55,416 nucleotides of DNA from an uncultured Candidatus Saccharibacteria bacterium. GTDB taxonomy: Bacteria; Patescibacteriota; Saccharimonadia; Saccharimonadales; JAUPVS01. The stretch lies in the NCBI GenBank assembly GCA_964462215.1, contig CAYWVZ010000006.1, forward strand, positions 1-55,416, written 5' to 3'. Positions 41,624 through 49,608 of this stretch are shown here, piece after piece; position 1 is the first letter of the stretch, and each line of letters opens with the position of its first letter. Position numbers and translations under genes: made by a program. The notes under the pieces were generated by a model. That model made no database searches. It was given only the letters and a program-made list of their open reading frames with translations, and was not told the DNA's origin.

Positions 41624-42141
41624 ACGAGTGGCTGGCCGCCTTTATTTTTTTCCTGCCAGCTGGCGTCGCTAACGCCACGCCGGTGCTGGCCAATAAAATC
41701 CCCTTGCTCAGAACCTGGCACACGCCGCTGGATTTCGGCCTGTCCTGGCGCGGCAAACGGTTGCTCGGCCAAAACAAGACCTGGCGCGGCCTGGTTACCG
41801 GTACGCTGCTGGCCGGCGCTACCGCTACGCTGCTGGCATCGCTCAACGGCCGTCATGACGCATTACTAACTGCCCTGGCACTTGGCCTGGTCATGGGGCT
41901 AGGCGCGCTGGTCGGTGACGCTGTCGAAAGTTTCTTTAAGCGGCAATTTAATATTCGCGCCGGCCGCAGTTGGTTCCCGTTTGACCAAATCGACTACATT
42001 ATCGGCGGCCTGTTATTCGTCTGGCCGTTCGCCCATTTAAGCCTGCGCACCATGGCCATTATCTTCGTCACCTTCTTCGGATTACACCTGATAACTGCTT
42101 ACGCGGCTTATGTAGTCGGCCTCAAAGACCGGCCCATTTAA
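41620..42141 (+). CDS. CarS-like (CDP-archaeol synthase family, ex-DUF46) membrane protein
   Basis: 173 aa. LPAGVANATPVLANKIP...PLDFG...GKRLLGQNKTWRGLVTG ... GDAVESFFKRQ ... FPFDQIDY. ATGA-type 4-nt overlap with the PHP gene. Confidence 0.7.
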   Translation: MNEWLAAFIFFLPAGVANATPVLANKIPLLRTWHTPLDFGLSWRGKRLLGQNKTWRGLVTGTLLAGATATLLASLNGRHDALLTALALGLVMGLGALVGDAVESFFKRQFNIRAGRSWFPFDQIDYIIGGLLFVWPFAHLSLRTMAIIFVTFFGLHLITAYAAYVVGLKDRPI

Positions 42142-42172
42142 GTCGCTTCGGGCACCTGGGCGGCCGTGCGGC

Positions 42173-43243
42173 CTACTTGTCCAGGGCTTTTTTGAACGTT
42201 TCGACCAGCTCGACCGGCGCGGGGTTAATGCCGCTTAACAGCGCCAGGTACATGCTGACAAAATCACCAAAAGCCGATGTCCAGAGTAGCTGCTCCACCA
42301 ACGAGTCGCCCTGAACCTGTACGACGTGCGGTTCGGGACGCATGCCGGAAAGCAGTCGGGCGGTCACTTCAAAGCGTTTTTGGACGCGCGGGTGCTCCAG
42401 ATTACTGCGCAAGTCGATAACCGCGTACGGCTTGTCGACCGGCTGTTTGCTCCAGCCGATAAATTCGTTGTGGTTAAACTCCGGCAGTTGGCCTAGCCAG
42501 GCGATGTGTTTGGCATTTTCATTGAAACTGATCTTCCACTTATAGGCAGCCGGATACAATTTGGGGCCACTGTAGATCACGATAGACTTACCCATTAGCT
42601 CCTGTGCCAGTTGCTTGGCAGGGTTCCGGGCAGTTGGCATGTCGGCGCGCCACAAAGCGGTTTGTTTGCGCACAAACTGCGCCGCCGTAGCCAGTTCAGC
42701 TAAAACCGGCTGGCCATTGAGTACCCCCACATGAGCCAGTAGTGTCAGTAGCGCCTTGTAGTTGGCGAACACAGCGTACCGCGGTTGCGGGATTTTGGGC
42801 AGCACCAGCAACGGATACCCCTTGTCGTGGGCGATGGCTTCGAGCTTGCCGCCGCCGGTAATGACGGCAATTTTGGCACCGCGGGCTTCGGCCTGAGCCA
42901 GCGCCGTCAACGTTTCTTCGGTGTTGCCGGAATAACTGCCGCAAATTACCAGAGTATGCTTATCGACATAGTCGGGCAGGTCATAATTACGCACCACGGT
43001 AAACGGCAGTTTAAGCGGCGGCCATGACTGCGCGAACAGAGCTGCTAAAGCCGACCCGCCCATGGCTGCGTAGACAATGTTGGTAATATCGGTGAACTGT
43101 ATAGTTTCCGGTAATGAGAATGATACGTCAAGTTGCTCCGATTGTTTTTCGGCAATACCCAAAGCGTCTTGCTGGTCATGTTCGTGAATGTAACGTAAGT
43201 CGTCTAACATAATTCCCCCATCTACCCCCATAGTATACGGCAT
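42173..43243 (-). CDS. Bifunctional phosphoglucose/phosphomannose isomerase (SIS-domain, archaeal-type)
   Basis: 356 aa. SIS core (VYAAMGGSALAA ... LVICGSYSGNTEETL) and the family-typical C-terminal half. Confidence 0.75.
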   Translation of the reverse strand: MPYTMGVDGGIMLDDLRYIHEHDQQDALGIAEKQSEQLDVSFSLPETIQFTDITNIVYAAMGGSALAALFAQSWPPLKLPFTVVRNYDLPDYVDKHTLVICGSYSGNTEETLTALAQAEARGAKIAVITGGGKLEAIAHDKGYPLLVLPKIPQPRYAVFANYKALLTLLAHVGVLNGQPVLAELATAAQFVRKQTALWRADMPTARNPAKQLAQELMGKSIVIYSGPKLYPAAYKWKISFNENAKHIAWLGQLPEFNHNEFIGWSKQPVDKPYAVIDLRSNLEHPRVQKRFEVTARLLSGMRPEPHVVQVQGDSLVEQLLWTSAFGDFVSMYLALLSGINPAPVELVETFKKALDK

Positions 43244-43323
43244 AATTTAGACTTTACCTGCCAGCCGGTACAATGCTATAGTCTACAGTAGAATATGCTA
43301 ATGCTAAAAATCAGGGGGTGAGC

Positions 43324-43941
43324 ATGTTTGGCCACGATGACCAACAAGATGAAAACGCTACAACAGTAAATCCGACGACGGATGACGTCGTCACAAGCGA
43401 TGCGCCAGCCGTCACGCCGACCGAAGACCCAACTGTCGCTACCGACTCTACGGCGTCAAACGACAGCGTAGAACCTGCCGAAGCATCAACCGGCGCGCCG
43501 GCAGTTGACTACAGCACGGATAGCCCTGCAAGCGACAGCCCGTCGATTACTGACGACGTGGCCGCACCAACAAGCAGCGACATAGGCGACAGCACCCCTA
43601 CCGCTACCCCTAAACCTGAGCCCGAAGCCGAAGCTAAGCCCGCTGATGAGCCGGCCGTCACTGGCTCTTTCGGTACACTCTCTGGCAGCGACGACGACCT
43701 GCTGGATCTTAAGAAAGAGGCTTTAGGCGAACTCGCCCCGCTGGTAGACCAGCTTGACCAATCCCCCGAAGAGAAATTCAACACCACCATGATGATGATT
43801 CAAGCCACCGATACGCCCGGCCTAATTAAAACCGCGCACGAAGCCGCCCAGAATATTCGCGACGAAAAAGTCCGCGCCCAAGCGCTGCTCGATATAGTTA
43901 ACGAAATTAACTACTTCACCCAAAAAGATAAAACTGCGTAA
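43324..43941 (+). CDS. Acidic hypothetical protein (disordered N-terminal half, helical C-terminal half)
   Basis: ATG 43324 has a GGGGGTG SD 5 nt upstream. Asp/Thr/Pro/Ser-rich. Confidence 0.5.
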   Translation: MFGHDDQQDENATTVNPTTDDVVTSDAPAVTPTEDPTVATDSTASNDSVEPAEASTGAPAVDYSTDSPASDSPSITDDVAAPTSSDIGDSTPTATPKPEPEAEAKPADEPAVTGSFGTLSGSDDDLLDLKKEALGELAPLVDQLDQSPEEKFNTTMMMIQATDTPGLIKTAHEAAQNIRDEKVRAQALLDIVNEINYFTQKDKTA

Positions 43942-43946
43942 GACGT

Positions 43947-44378
43947 TTATTCGTCGCTTGTCGGACCGGTACGCGGTAGTTCCGCGGTAGGGCCGGTTTG
44001 CGGCGTTATTTGAGGGGTCGGCTCCGGTGCTGGCGCAGCGGCGGATTGGCCGGGTTGTTCGGGTTGTTCGGCCGGCTGGTCGGCTGGTGGCTGCGACTGA
44101 GGTTCGTCAGACGGCTTTTGATCCGGCTCCTGCGCTGGCTCCTGGGTAACGGTAACTTCCGGCTGCGGCTGGTCGGTGCCGTTAGTAACCCGGTTATAGG
44201 TCCAGCGGCCGGCCCAGAAAAGCCCGACTACCACTAGTACGGTCACCACGAACGTGGCGGCCGACAATAACCAGGTCGTCCACATCCGGCCGCGTTTCTC
44301 GGCTTGGTAGTAATCCTTGATCTCTTCCGGTACTGTATCAGTTTCGGTGTCTTCGGCTTTTCGGTTAAATGGCCACAT
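43947..44378 (-). CDS. Single-pass membrane protein with Pro/Gln/Glu-rich tail
   Basis: 143 aa. TM span WLLSAATFVVTVLVVVGLFWAG, then a low-complexity PQPE/QPxx region ending ...ELPRTGPTSDE. Confidence 0.5.
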   Translation of the reverse strand: MWPFNRKAEDTETDTVPEEIKDYYQAEKRGRMWTTWLLSAATFVVTVLVVVGLFWAGRWTYNRVTNGTDQPQPEVTVTQEPAQEPDQKPSDEPQSQPPADQPAEQPEQPGQSAAAPAPEPTPQITPQTGPTAELPRTGPTSDE

Positions 44379-44447
44379 AGCTCGCTCCCTACCTTAGTTA
44401 GGGGTACTTTAGTACAAACTGGCTAAATATGCAACTATTATTGATGG

Positions 44448-46097
44448 CTACATGCCCATCATACCGCCCATGCCGCCGCCGGCCGGGGCTGCAGGAGCCT
44501 CTTTTTCAGGGATATCGACAACCAAAGCACCCATGGTCATACTGGTGCCGGCAATCGATACGGCGTTTTGGATGGCCTCTTTGGTAACACGGGCCGGATC
44601 AACCACGCCGGCTGACTTAAGGTCAACCAATTTGCTTGGGCTGTTAACATCTACGCCCTGCCCGGCTTTGCCGGTTTTGACCTGCGGCAACCACTCGTCG
44701 GCGTTCAGACCGGAATTGGTTAACAAGATACGGAACGGTTGCTCCAGGGCACGCTTGAGTAGCTGTTTGCCGGCTGTGACGCCGTCGTCGTCGGCCTTGG
44801 TCTGGATGACGGCAGCTAGGTTGACGAATGTCACGCCCCCACCGGCAACAATGCCGTCTTCCAGCGCCGCTTTGACGGCGGCAACGGCGTCGTCGACGCG
44901 GAACTTCTTCTCTTCAATCTCGGTCTCGGTGGCACCGCCAACCTTGATGACGGCCACTTTGCCGCCCAAAGCGGCGCGGCGCTTCTCGAGGTTTTCACGG
45001 TCGTATTCGCTGGTCGCCAGACCAATCTGATTATTGATTTGGGCAATCCGAGCCTTAACGTCACCGGCCGAACCGGCGCCTTCGATAATGGTCGTTTCGT
45101 CTTTGGTGACAATGACTTTGCGGGCCGAGCCAACCACATCGACATCAACGTTTTCGAAGCTCATAGCCTGGTCGTCGGTAATAACCGTAGCGCCGGTCAG
45201 GATAGCAATGTCTTCCAGCACATCCTTGCGGCGGTCGCCAAACGACGGTGCCTTAACGGCAATGGTATTAAAGACGCCTTTCAGCTTGTTCAGGATCAAA
45301 GTGCCAAGCGCCTCGCCCTCGACATCTTCGGCAATCAGAATCAGGTCTTTTTTGCCGGCAGCAGCCAGTTTTTCAAGCAACGGCAGAAACTCTTGGATAC
45401 TGGCGATTTTTTTGTCGGTGATGACAATAGCCGGCTTGTCGGCAATCGCTTCCATGCGGGTCGTATCGCTCACCATGTAGGGGCTGACGAAGCCGCGGTC
45501 AAACGTAAAGCCCTCGACCACTTCGCTTTCCAGGTTCAAGCCCTGACCTTCTTCTACTGTAACGACACCGTCTTTGCCGACCTTGTCGATAACGTCGGCG
45601 ATCAGGTTGCCGATTTCGGCGTCACCGGCCGAGATAGTAGCCACTTCAGCCACCCGCTTCTTATTGCTTTTGATATCTTCGGCCAGGCCGCCGAGTTTGT
45701 TAATAACATCATGGGCGGCGGCTTCCAGGCCCTTGCGCAGCAGCATCGGGTTATGTCCGGCGGCAATCAGCTTGTTGGCCTCATTCAGAATGTGATAGGT
45801 CAGAACGGTAACGGTAGTGGTACCGTCGCCAGCTACGTCGTTCATTTTGTTGGCAGCTTGCTTGATAAGCTCCGCGCCAACGGTGTAGCCCAGGGTTTCG
45901 TCATCATCGCTCGGCAGTTCCACACCCTTGGCTACCGTCACGCCGTCGTGGGTAACCGTCGGGCTACCGTAGCTTTTGCTGAGCACCACGTTGCGGCCTT
46001 TTGGACCCATGGTGGTCTTAACGGCGTTATACAGGATCTCGGCGCCGGCCAGCACGCGGCGGCGGGCGTCATCATCATAAAAAACTTTCTTTGCCAT
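44448..46097 (-). CDS. groL: Chaperonin GroEL
   Basis: 549 aa. AGDGTTTVTVL and the C-terminal GGMGGMMGM tail. Confidence 0.97.
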   Translation of the reverse strand: MAKKVFYDDDARRRVLAGAEILYNAVKTTMGPKGRNVVLSKSYGSPTVTHDGVTVAKGVELPSDDDETLGYTVGAELIKQAANKMNDVAGDGTTTVTVLTYHILNEANKLIAAGHNPMLLRKGLEAAAHDVINKLGGLAEDIKSNKKRVAEVATISAGDAEIGNLIADVIDKVGKDGVVTVEEGQGLNLESEVVEGFTFDRGFVSPYMVSDTTRMEAIADKPAIVITDKKIASIQEFLPLLEKLAAAGKKDLILIAEDVEGEALGTLILNKLKGVFNTIAVKAPSFGDRRKDVLEDIAILTGATVITDDQAMSFENVDVDVVGSARKVIVTKDETTIIEGAGSAGDVKARIAQINNQIGLATSEYDRENLEKRRAALGGKVAVIKVGGATETEIEEKKFRVDDAVAAVKAALEDGIVAGGGVTFVNLAAVIQTKADDDGVTAGKQLLKRALEQPFRILLTNSGLNADEWLPQVKTGKAGQGVDVNSPSKLVDLKSAGVVDPARVTKEAIQNAVSIAGTSMTMGALVVDIPEKEAPAAPAGGGMGGMMGM

Positions 46098-46113
46098 AGT
46101 GTTTCTGCTCCTC

Positions 46114-46383
46114 TTATTTTACGGTGGCGATAATGTTATTGCGGGCTACCAACGTGTATTCCTCGGCACCAACCTTAACGGTGGTCGCCTCGTACTCGTT
46201 CTTGTAGATAACCTGCTGGCCAACCTTAACCTCGTTGACGCCGTCCCCTACCGCTACCACGCGGGCAGTTTTGGGCTTTTCCTGGGCTGACTCGGGCAAG
46301 TACAGGCCGCTGCGCGTTTTGGCTTCGGCTTTTTCGGCTTGCACGACCACGTATTCAGGCATTGGGTTTATAGGTGTTGCCAT
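46114..46383 (-). CDS. groS: Co-chaperonin GroES
   Basis: MATPINPMPEYVVVQAEKAEAKTRSGLYLP... ATG 46383 has an AGGAGG SD. The ORF-track start at 46449 lies in the CIRCE leader. Confidence 0.92.
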   Translation of the reverse strand: MATPINPMPEYVVVQAEKAEAKTRSGLYLPESAQEKPKTARVVAVGDGVNEVKVGQQVIYKNEYEATTVKVGAEEYTLVARNNIIATVK

Positions 46384-46436
46384 AAAAGTGAACCTCCTGT
46401 TTGTCCGTTTATACGTGGCTATTGTAGCGAAACAAA

Positions 46437-46463
46437 TTGGCACTTTCAAGCCTAGAGTGCTAA
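46437..46463 (-). promoter_or_regulatory. CIRCE operator (HrcA site) upstream of groES-groEL
   Basis: TTGGCACTT-N9-GAGTGCTAA on the + strand; read on the minus strand it is TTAGCACTC-N9-AAGTGCCAA. The consensus is TTAGCACTC-N9-GAGTGCTAA. Confidence 0.8.
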
Positions 46464-46477
46464 TTCTGCGGCAAAGC

Positions 46478-47539
46478 CTATAGCCCGGCGCAAATTTCCT
46501 GCTCCATGTCCACCATGGATTTCAGATCCATAGCTAGCCTGGCGAGTTCTTCGCGAACTTCGGCTTCATGGTGCTTGCGGCCTTTACGTCGGTTGAGCTC
46601 CAGGCGGCGATCAACCTCTAGCAGCCTGACTTCACAATATTCGTCAAAAAATATGTCACGGAAGCTCTGCCACCAATCAAGCTCATTCTTGCCATAAAAG
46701 AGGCCGATGCCCGCCTTAAATTCAGCATGAGGAGGACGGCACATCGAATCAAGTAATACTGATAAATCGCCAAAGCTGTTGTTATAGCTTACCTCTACAT
46801 CCCTGGGTAACCGGGTGTCTATCCGTGCTTTTTCCCAGTCAATAATAAACGTGCCCCCATCAGCTGATGTAGCGATATTCCGGGCCGCTAAATCACCATG
46901 GGACGTGCTGCCGCTCCCATGTAAAATAGCCGTTTGCTGACTCACCTCGCGCCACATCTCTTGCATGCCCGGATGCTGGGTGGTATCGGGTAGGAAACCG
47001 GACCAGTCTATGGAGTCAAGAGTAGTCAAAGTTTCATCCAAAACAGTTAAGGAATAGGCCTTATCGCCATCCATAACGTAGCCTACCCCTCCCGGCGTGT
47101 AAAAACCCAAGCGGCGAATCGCCTCATTCTTCAGGTAATCATTTAAGCACGATTTTATGGGATAATCTTTGTGGGGTTTGACCGCTACCGGCACTGAAGT
47201 CTCCGAACCAATCTCCAGGTCTCCAAAGAAAACTCCATGAAACGAACGCTTACCGCCCCGGGCTACGCGCGGCATGAATGACAAGGCGGTATTGGGCGGA
47301 ACGTCCCCCAGCTGTTCGGCCGTATAAAAAGTTGGTTGAGCCCTCAGCTCATAGTTCTCAAACCGACGGATAGCATCTGTAACCGGATCATCGTTGGCAC
47401 AATCAAGTGCAATGGTATTCGGTGTAACACATTCAACCCGGGCCACCGTATCCATAAACTCCTGGATACGATATAGTTCCCGGTCGCCAGAAAACTCGGG
47501 CGTTATTGACTTTTCCGGACCGGGAGACGAGAAAGCCAT
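46478..47539 (-). CDS. Atypical protein-kinase-like / phosphotransferase-fold protein
   Basis: ATG 47539 avoids overlap with the upstream stop. VPVAVKP (catalytic Lys context), HGDLAARNI (HxDxxxxN catalytic loop), and FIIDWEKA (metal-binding Asp). Resembles the RIO/Kdo/APH-type families. Confidence 0.6.
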   Translation of the reverse strand: MAFSSPGPEKSITPEFSGDRELYRIQEFMDTVARVECVTPNTIALDCANDDPVTDAIRRFENYELRAQPTFYTAEQLGDVPPNTALSFMPRVARGGKRSFHGVFFGDLEIGSETSVPVAVKPHKDYPIKSCLNDYLKNEAIRRLGFYTPGGVGYVMDGDKAYSLTVLDETLTTLDSIDWSGFLPDTTQHPGMQEMWREVSQQTAILHGSGSTSHGDLAARNIATSADGGTFIIDWEKARIDTRLPRDVEVSYNNSFGDLSVLLDSMCRPPHAEFKAGIGLFYGKNELDWWQSFRDIFFDEYCEVRLLEVDRRLELNRRKGRKHHEAEVREELARLAMDLKSMVDMEQEICAGL

Positions 47540-47546
47540 ATTCAAC

Positions 47547-48161
47547 TTACCTCGTCTTTGCCTCGTCAAAACCAGCACTAAAATACGGCGAAAATTCTGC
47601 AAACCGCTCACCGCACTCCTGACCCAGCTGCGTCAAATAATGCATTCGGTCGTCAAAGGGTTCCTCTATAAACCGGAGTTGTTGTTCGACGCTCGGTACC
47701 AGAAAGAGTTGCTGTTCACCGGGACGAATGAATTCAACGAACGCCACATGCGGCATAATGTCAGAGGCTAAAATTGCTCCATCCACTTTTTCAGAAAGAG
47801 TTCCTAGTAAATTACCAAGATCGCGCCACATTTTGGTGTCACCATAAGAGAAAATGCCGGGCGCGTCAGATTGAGCCTCATAAACAATCGGTCGAGATGA
47901 AGCCGGTATCTTGACATAGCTACGATCTTTGTCATCCCTTAACAGAGTGCCTAGCAGGAGGTCATTGTGCCGAAGCTGGTCGCGCAGAGCCATATGATCG
48001 GCATCCGGTCGAGGATATGAAATGACTCGAGCCTTGCCAGTCGGGTGATCAATCATAAAATCCTCCAGGCCATCGAGCAGAGGCGTAAAGCTATAACGCC
48101 GACCAGTAGCGTGTTCCGGCGTTTTGCCGTGTGGGAAGCTGTCAAAATGCGGTGTATTCAT
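47547..48161 (-). CDS. Hypothetical protein, co-oriented upstream partner of the kinase-like gene
   Basis: 204-aa ORF, 7-nt gap to the kinase-like gene. No family recognised. Confidence 0.45.
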   Translation of the reverse strand: MNTPHFDSFPHGKTPEHATGRRYSFTPLLDGLEDFMIDHPTGKARVISYPRPDADHMALRDQLRHNDLLLGTLLRDDKDRSYVKIPASSRPIVYEAQSDAPGIFSYGDTKMWRDLGNLLGTLSEKVDGAILASDIMPHVAFVEFIRPGEQQLFLVPSVEQQLRFIEEPFDDRMHYLTQLGQECGERFAEFSPYFSAGFDEAKTR

Positions 48162-48230
48162 TAGCTCTATTATTATAGCATAAAAGCTAACTTATATCAA
48201 TACTTTCGCCTCCGGTGTATACTTTTGGTA

Positions 48231-49079
48231 ATGAATCTGAATAATCACCTCTTGATGTCCAGCGCCCAGTATTTTGCTGACGAGTTCGCTATTAACCCCT
48301 ATATGGACGCTTCTTTGGCGATTGACAGCGGCCAGGCTGCTGTGGAGCATGCCGCCATTCGGGCGGCTTTTGAAGCCGCTGGCATTCGCGTTACCCAAGT
48401 GCCGGCACCGGCTGGTTGCCAGGACGGCGTATACACCGCCAACTGGGGTCTCGTCCGCGGCGACACGGTGGTTTTATCTTCCCTGCCCAACAAGCGGCAG
48501 GCCGAGGAACCGTATGCCGAAGCCGTACTGCGGGGCTTGGGCAAAAAAGTTATCCGGGCGCCGCACCGCTTCAGCGGCCAGGGCGATGCCCTGGCCTGCG
48601 GCAACCGGTTATTTATCGGCAGCACGTACCGCACCGACCCGCGCATGCACGAATTCGTCGCCAAGGAGCTGGGTTATGAGGTTATCGGGCTGCAAACCGT
48701 ACCGTCGCGCGATGCTGCCGGGCAACCCGCCATTAATGCCGTCACCGGCTGGCCGGACAGCTTTTTCTACGACTTGGATTTGGCCCTGGCCGTGCTGCGA
48801 CCCGACCTGATCGCCTGGTGCCCGGAAGCCTTCGTGCCCGAAAGCCAAAAAGCCATTCTGGCCCTGCCGCTAGAGAAAATCGAAGTTTCGCTGGAAGAAG
48901 CCCGCGGCGGCTTTGCCTGCAACCTGGTTTCCACCGGCCGAACGGTGATTATGAGCGCCCGGGCGCCGCGTTTGCAGGCCGCCATTAAAGCCAAAGGCCT
49001 GGAAGTCATTACGCCCGACATCACCGAGCTGGCCAAAGGCGGCGGCTACATCCGCTGCGTCAGCCTGACGTTGGAATAA
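48231..49079 (+). CDS. Amidinotransferase/DDAH-superfamily guanidino-group-modifying enzyme
   Basis: ATG 48231. ~282 aa. The C-terminal GGGYIRCVSLTL holds the catalytic Cys context of the superfamily. The FYDLDLA segment occupies the position of the His/Asp motif. Confidence 0.65.
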   Translation: MNLNNHLLMSSAQYFADEFAINPYMDASLAIDSGQAAVEHAAIRAAFEAAGIRVTQVPAPAGCQDGVYTANWGLVRGDTVVLSSLPNKRQAEEPYAEAVLRGLGKKVIRAPHRFSGQGDALACGNRLFIGSTYRTDPRMHEFVAKELGYEVIGLQTVPSRDAAGQPAINAVTGWPDSFFYDLDLALAVLRPDLIAWCPEAFVPESQKAILALPLEKIEVSLEEARGGFACNLVSTGRTVIMSARAPRLQAAIKAKGLEVITPDITELAKGGGYIRCVSLTLE

Positions 49080-49087
49080 CTGCCAGA

Positions 49088-49348
49088 TTAGCGGTAGATA
49101 TGCCGACGGTGCCCAACTTTCGTTACCCGCACCACTCGAACTGTCTCTTTAATTATATATAAGATCCGGTAGTTGCCTTGCCGCGCCCGGTATTCTTCCC
49201 GCCCCGACAGTCGTTTTGACCAGACCGGTCGCGGATTGTTGCCCAATGACTTGATCCGATTCATAATCCTACGAGCATCATTTGCCGGCAGTTTAGCCAG
49301 GTCTTTTCGAATAACGGACGGCAGAATCTCAACCCTATATAACACCAT
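49088..49348 (-). CDS. RelE/ParE-family type II toxin
   Basis: 86 aa. ...LSGREEYRARQGNYRILYIIKETVRVVRVTKVGHRRHIY. 14-nt overlap with the upstream antitoxin. Confidence 0.8.
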   Translation of the reverse strand: MVLYRVEILPSVIRKDLAKLPANDARRIMNRIKSLGNNPRPVWSKRLSGREEYRARQGNYRILYIIKETVRVVRVTKVGHRRHIYR

Positions 49349-49565
49349 GGCCCAGTAACTCTGCTAGAGCCGCTTCGTACGACAGGGGTTTTTCCTTTTT
49401 TGCTAGCCGTGCCCGAATAGCCGTGATGTCTTCTAAGTCTTCACTAAGTTGAGCCTGGAGTGCCTCATTCATAAGAGATGATATGGATTGCCCGCTTTCG
49501 ACGGCTCGTAGTTTGAGCGCCTTGTACATGTCTGAGTCAAGATAAAGAGTAGCTTTGGTAGTCAT
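49335..49565 (-). CDS. RHH-type antitoxin
   Basis: 76 aa. TKATLYLDSDMYKALKLRAVESGQSISSLMNEAL fits a ribbon-helix-helix pattern. Confidence 0.75.
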   Translation of the reverse strand: MTTKATLYLDSDMYKALKLRAVESGQSISSLMNEALQAQLSEDLEDITAIRARLAKKEKPLSYEAALAELLGHGVI

Positions 49566-49571
49566 ACTACC

Positions 49572-49601
49572 ATTTTACTGTCATGCTGTCATGCTGTCAA
49601 C
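49572..49601 (-). promoter_or_regulatory. Toxin-antitoxin promoter with tandem 8-nt operator repeats (leaderless layout)
   Basis: On the minus strand: TTGACA (49595-49600), a 17-nt spacer, TAAAAT (49572-49577), 6 nt, then ATG (49565). The spacer consists of + strand repeats CTGTCATG, CTGTCATG, CTGTCAAC (49578-49601). Confidence 0.6.
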
Positions 49602-49608
49602 CTGTGTG

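Noticed and set aside
43947-43976. C-terminal ...ELPRTGPTSDE, considered as an LPXTG sortase sorting signal
   Set aside because: A canonical sorting signal needs a hydrophobic span and a basic tail after LPXTG. Here only six polar or acidic residues follow, and the protein is already anchored by an N-terminal TM helix. Probably a chance match within a Pro/Thr-rich tail.
45039-46133. 364-aa + strand ORF, plus 44452-45030 and 45034-45480, lying over groEL
   Set aside because: Antisense shadow ORFs of an unmistakable GroEL gene on the minus strand. Composition is Gly/Ala/Val/Arg-biased with no recognisable motifs. This is typical of open antisense frames in GC-rich coding DNA.
48231-49079. Calling the amidinotransferase-fold gene arginine deiminase (arcA)
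   Set aside because: At ~282 aa it is about 130 aa shorter than canonical ArcA, and no arcB/arcC neighbours are present. Only superfamily-level assignment is justified.
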